Origin: an uncultured Gemmatimonadaceae bacterium
Lineage (GTDB): Bacteria > Gemmatimonadota > Gemmatimonadetes > Gemmatimonadales > Gemmatimonadaceae
Assembly (NCBI GenBank): GCA_964385525.1
Contig: CAYLPM010000199.1
Location: 1 to 40,565, forward strand
DNA: 40,565 nt
Direction: 5' to 3'
Positions 37,717 through 40,565 of the stretch are shown here, in pieces. Within the stretch, counting starts at the first letter, position 1, and every line of letters begins with the position of its first letter. Under the pieces are notes generated by a model, which made no database searches, was not told the DNA's origin, and saw nothing but the letters and a program-made list of their open reading frames with translations. The position numbers and the translations under genes were made by a program.

Positions 37717-38232
37717 ATGCACGGAGGCCTGTACGTCGTGATGGGCGTCGCTGGTGCGGGCAAGAGCGCCATCGGCTCCGCCCTCGCGCGGGCCCTGGAC
37801 GTCGCCTTCGTCGAGGGAGATGCATTCCACCCGCCGGAGAACATCGCGAAGATGTCCCTCGGCGTTCCTCTCACCGACCACGATCGCGCGGGATGGCTCC
37901 GCGCGCTCGCGAGCCGCATCGCTGAGGCGAGTCACGCCGGCACCGGCCTCGTCGTGGCCTGCTCGGCGCTCAAGCGGGCGTATCGCGACATCCTGCGTGC
38001 GGCAGCTCCCGAAGGCGACTTGCAGTTCGTCTTCCTGCAGGGCCCCCGGCCCGTGCTCGCCGAGCGGCTGTCCGGGCGTCGCGGCCACTTCATGCCGCCC
38101 GCGCTGCTCGACAGCCAGCTCGCGACGCTCGAACCACCAACGCCCGATGAAGAGGCCTGGGTCTGCGACATCACGCAGTCGCCGGACGAGATCCTCGCCG
38201 GCCTGCTGACGCGCGTGCGCCATGACGTCTGA
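37717..38232 (+). CDS. gntK: Gluconokinase
   Basis: ATG at 37717 within listed ORF 37546..38232. The P-loop is VMGVAGAGKS. GDAFHPPENIAKMSLGVPLTDHDRAGWL and ACSALKRAYRDIL are GntK/IdnK blocks. Confidence 0.9.
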   Translation: MHGGLYVVMGVAGAGKSAIGSALARALDVAFVEGDAFHPPENIAKMSLGVPLTDHDRAGWLRALASRIAEASHAGTGLVVACSALKRAYRDILRAAAPEGDLQFVFLQGPRPVLAERLSGRRGHFMPPALLDSQLATLEPPTPDEEAWVCDITQSPDEILAGLLTRVRHDV

Positions 38233-39571
38233 CGCCCGCCTGCTGCTCTACGCGGTGGTGGCCGTCGTCGCGCTAATCCTCCTCATCGCCCGTGCCAAAT
38301 GGCACCCGTTCATCGCGCTCGTCGTCGTCTCCCTGGGCATGGGCGTGCTAGCCGGGATGCCGCCGACCGAGATCGCCGGCGCGTTCCAGTCCGGCGTCGG
38401 CAACGCTCTCGGCTTCGTCGCGGTCGTGCTCGGCCTCGGCACGATGCTCGGCAAGATCATGGCGGAATCGGGCGCGGCCACGCGGATTGCGGAAACGCTG
38501 ATCCGCGCGTTCGGCGAGCAGCGCGTGCACTGGGCGATCACGGTCGTCGCGTTCATCGTCGGCATCCCGGTGTTCTTCCAGGTCGGATTCGTGCTGCTCA
38601 TCCCGCTCGTGTTCACGATCGCCCGCCGGACCGGGATGTCACTCGTGAAGATCGGCATTCCGCTCGTCGCCGGGCTGTCTGTCGTGCACGGGATGCTGCC
38701 GCCGCATCCGGCGGCCATGCTCGCCGTCGGCGCGTACGAGGCGGACCTCGGGCTGACGATCCTGTATGGGCTGCTCGTCGGCTTGCCGACGGCCGCACTC
38801 GCCGGTCCCGTGTTCGCGACCTGGGTCGCGCCGCACATCACCCTGCGCCGTGAGAATCCGATGGCGGCCCAGCTCGAGGGATCGTCCGGGTCCTCCGACG
38901 AGATGCCCGGATTCGCCATCTCGGTCTTCACGGTCCTGATCCCCGTGATCCTGATGCTGCTCGCGAGCGCGGCGCAGGTGCTGCTCCCGGAGACGAATCC
39001 GGCGCGCGCGACGCTGTCGTTCGTCGGGCATCCGATCGTCGCCCTGCTCCTCGCGCTGCTCTTCTCCTTCTGGTCGCTGGGGCGCGCCCGGCGATTCACG
39101 CGCGATCAGCTACTCGCCTTCTGCAACGAGTGTCTCGCGCCCACCGCGGCCATCATCCTCGTCATCGGTGCAGGCGGCGGCTTCAACGGGGTGCTGGTGG
39201 GGAGCGGCGTCGGGCGCGCGGTGGCGTCGATGGCCGAAGGCGCGCAGCTCTCGCCGCTGCTGCTGGCCTGGCTCGTCGCCGCTATGATCCGCGTCGCCAC
39301 CGGTTCGGCGACGGTCGCGATGATCACGAGCGCCGGCATCGTCGCGCCGATCGCGCTCGCCGCACCGGACACGAGCCCGGAGCTCCTCGTGCTGGCGACC
39401 GGTGCCGGATCGCTCGTGCTGTCGCACGTCAACGACGCCGGGTTCTGGCTGATCAAGGAGTTCTTCGACATGACTGTCGCGCAGACGCTGAAGACGTGGA
39501 CGGTGGCGGAAACGATCATCGGCGTGGCGGGACTGGCGTTCACCGTGCTGCTCGGCCTGCTGCTCGGATGA
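38222..39571 (+). CDS. gntP: Gluconate:H+ symporter, GntP family
   Basis: Overlaps the gntK end by 11 nt. 449 aa and multi-TM, with WHPFIALVVVSLGMGVLAGMP, GTMLGKIMAESGAA and VLSHVNDAGFWLIKEFF, all typical of GntP permeases. Confidence 0.92.
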   Translation: MTSDARLLLYAVVAVVALILLIARAKWHPFIALVVVSLGMGVLAGMPPTEIAGAFQSGVGNALGFVAVVLGLGTMLGKIMAESGAATRIAETLIRAFGEQRVHWAITVVAFIVGIPVFFQVGFVLLIPLVFTIARRTGMSLVKIGIPLVAGLSVVHGMLPPHPAAMLAVGAYEADLGLTILYGLLVGLPTAALAGPVFATWVAPHITLRRENPMAAQLEGSSGSSDEMPGFAISVFTVLIPVILMLLASAAQVLLPETNPARATLSFVGHPIVALLLALLFSFWSLGRARRFTRDQLLAFCNECLAPTAAIILVIGAGGGFNGVLVGSGVGRAVASMAEGAQLSPLLLAWLVAAMIRVATGSATVAMITSAGIVAPIALAAPDTSPELLVLATGAGSLVLSHVNDAGFWLIKEFFDMTVAQTLKTWTVAETIIGVAGLAFTVLLGLLLG

Positions 39572-40323
39572 GCGCACCCACACTCTGCACCCGGCGACTC
39601 CACATGCGACTACCGGCCCTCCTGCTCGCCCTCTCGCTCGCCTGTACTCCTCGGCCTCCGGCAACCACGTCCGCCGAGTCGGACTGGGAGGACATCACCG
39701 CGCTGCTCGACCCGCGGACGACGCCGGTGTACGAGGGCGACGCGCCCATGTCCTTCGAGTTCCTTCGCGACATGCGGACCGGCGATCCGTTGACGTTGTC
39801 GGCGTATTCGCTCGGTGCGCACAGTGGCACGCACATCGATGCGCCAATGCACTTCATCCGCGACGGCGCGTCGATCGATCGCGTGCCGCTCGACGCGTTG
39901 ATCGGACCGGCCCTCGTGATCGAGATCGCCGATTCGGTGCAGATCATCGATGCCGCGGAGCTCGAGCGTCACCCCTGGCGCGGCGCGGCGCGGGTGCTCT
40001 TCCGCACGAGAAGCTCGGAGCGCGGCTGGATGAGGTCCGCGGCCTTCCACCGGGACTTCGCCTACATTGCGCCCGAGGCGGCGCAGCTGCTCGCGGACGC
40101 CGGTGTGCAGCTCGTCGGGATCGACTACCTCTCCGCCGAGCAGTTCGGTGCTGCGGCGCCGAGGACGCACCAGATCCTGCTGGGTGCGGGCATTCCGATC
40201 GTCGAAGGGTTGTCGCTGGAACAGATCCGCGCCGGCGAGTACGAGCTGATCGTGCTGCCGATCAAGGTCGCGGGACACGAGGGAGCGCCGGCGCGGGCAG
40301 TCTTGCGTGCGCGCGGGCGGTGA
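39568..40323 (+). CDS. Cyclase-family protein (kynurenine formamidase/isatin hydrolase fold) with an N-terminal signal or lipoprotein-like leader
   Basis: ATGA overlap with the gntP stop. The leader is MSAPTLCTRRLHMRLPALLLALSLAC, with an alternative ATG at 39604. The metal motif HSGTHIDAPMHF is diagnostic of the cyclase (PF04199-type) family. The rest of listed ORF 39130.. lies inside gntP. Confidence 0.85.
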   Translation: MSAPTLCTRRLHMRLPALLLALSLACTPRPPATTSAESDWEDITALLDPRTTPVYEGDAPMSFEFLRDMRTGDPLTLSAYSLGAHSGTHIDAPMHFIRDGASIDRVPLDALIGPALVIEIADSVQIIDAAELERHPWRGAARVLFRTRSSERGWMRSAAFHRDFAYIAPEAAQLLADAGVQLVGIDYLSAEQFGAAAPRTHQILLGAGIPIVEGLSLEQIRAGEYELIVLPIKVAGHEGAPARAVLRARGR

Positions 40324-40353
40324 CTGCAGTGGGGCCTCGGCGGCTGACCACCC

Positions 40354-40565
40354 TCACGCCAGCCAGGAGTCCAATCGTGCCGCTACCCAGGCATCATCGG
40401 CCAGCTCGGGGTACTGACGCGCTGCGCGATCGATCTCCTCGCGCTGACCCGGCGAGAGCGTCTCCGCCGGATCGAGACACCAGATGCCGCGCAGCAACCC
40501 CTGTCGGCGCAGGACCTCGTGTATCCCCGGAATGCACCCCGCGAACCCGTGCGCCGCGTCGAAGA
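40354..40565 (-). CDS. Partial CDS (C-terminal ~70 aa; start lies beyond the window), possibly a DapA-like aldolase family C-terminus
   Basis: It is not in the ORF track because no start codon lies inside the window. Hand translation of the minus strand gives FDAAHGFAGCIPGIHEVLRRQGLLRGIWCLDPAETLSPGQREEIDRAARQYPELADDAWVAARLDSWLA, with the stop (TGA) at 40354-40356. GC3 is high. The family guess comes from memory only. Confidence 0.5.
   Translation of the reverse strand, partial: FDAAHGFAGCIPGIHEVLRRQGLLRGIWCLDPAETLSPGQREEIDRAARQYPELADDAWVAARLDSWLA

Noticed and set aside
39130-39567. Upstream part of listed ORF 39130..40323
   Set aside because: It lies in an alternative frame inside gntP and is Arg-rich. 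The cyclase-family homology and signal peptide begin at ATG 39568.

Overview
The window is very GC-rich, with third codon positions almost always G/C, so every real gene carries long spurious ORFs on the opposite strand or in other frames. It looks like chromosomal DNA, not a mobile island. I found no transposase, integrase, phage, CRISPR, rRNA or tRNA signal. The PadR plus ADOP-type duplicated-permease pair suggests an Acidobacteriota- or Gemmatimonadota-like organism, but that is inference only.

Layout:
- (1) nt 1-16230, + strand: a tightly packed alpha-glucan/trehalose supercluster, treS (5' truncated), maltokinase, treZ, glgX, glgB, malQ, treY and an alpha-glucan phosphorylase. Five junctions overlap or abut, which points to translational coupling.
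- (2) nt 16381-21900: housekeeping and miscellaneous genes. These are a TIGR01777-type epimerase, a Tat-exported amidase, an NhaP2-type K+/H+ antiporter and two small proteins of unknown function.
- (3) nt 22008-34580, all on the minus strand: an accessory-looking run. It holds an SGNH lipoprotein hydrolase, an amphi-Trp protein, a frameshifted GNAT, an exported atypical ureohydrolase-fold protein, and a DUF1801 / M28 peptidase / GNAT / DUF998-ACT operon. It also holds four ORFans (two of them lipoproteins), a membrane protein, and a PadR regulator with an orphan ADOP (MacB/FtsX-like) permease.
- (4) Diverging from padR across about 460 bp: a membrane-anchored multihaem c-type cytochrome with 19 CxxCH motifs plus one CxxxxCH. 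It has no maturation or partner genes nearby and is the most unusual object in the window.
- (5) nt 37717-40323: gntK-gntP translationally coupled to an exported cyclase/formamidase-fold hydrolase, followed by a convergent partial CDS at the 3' edge.

All family calls come from motifs read by eye in the supplied translations. No database search was run.
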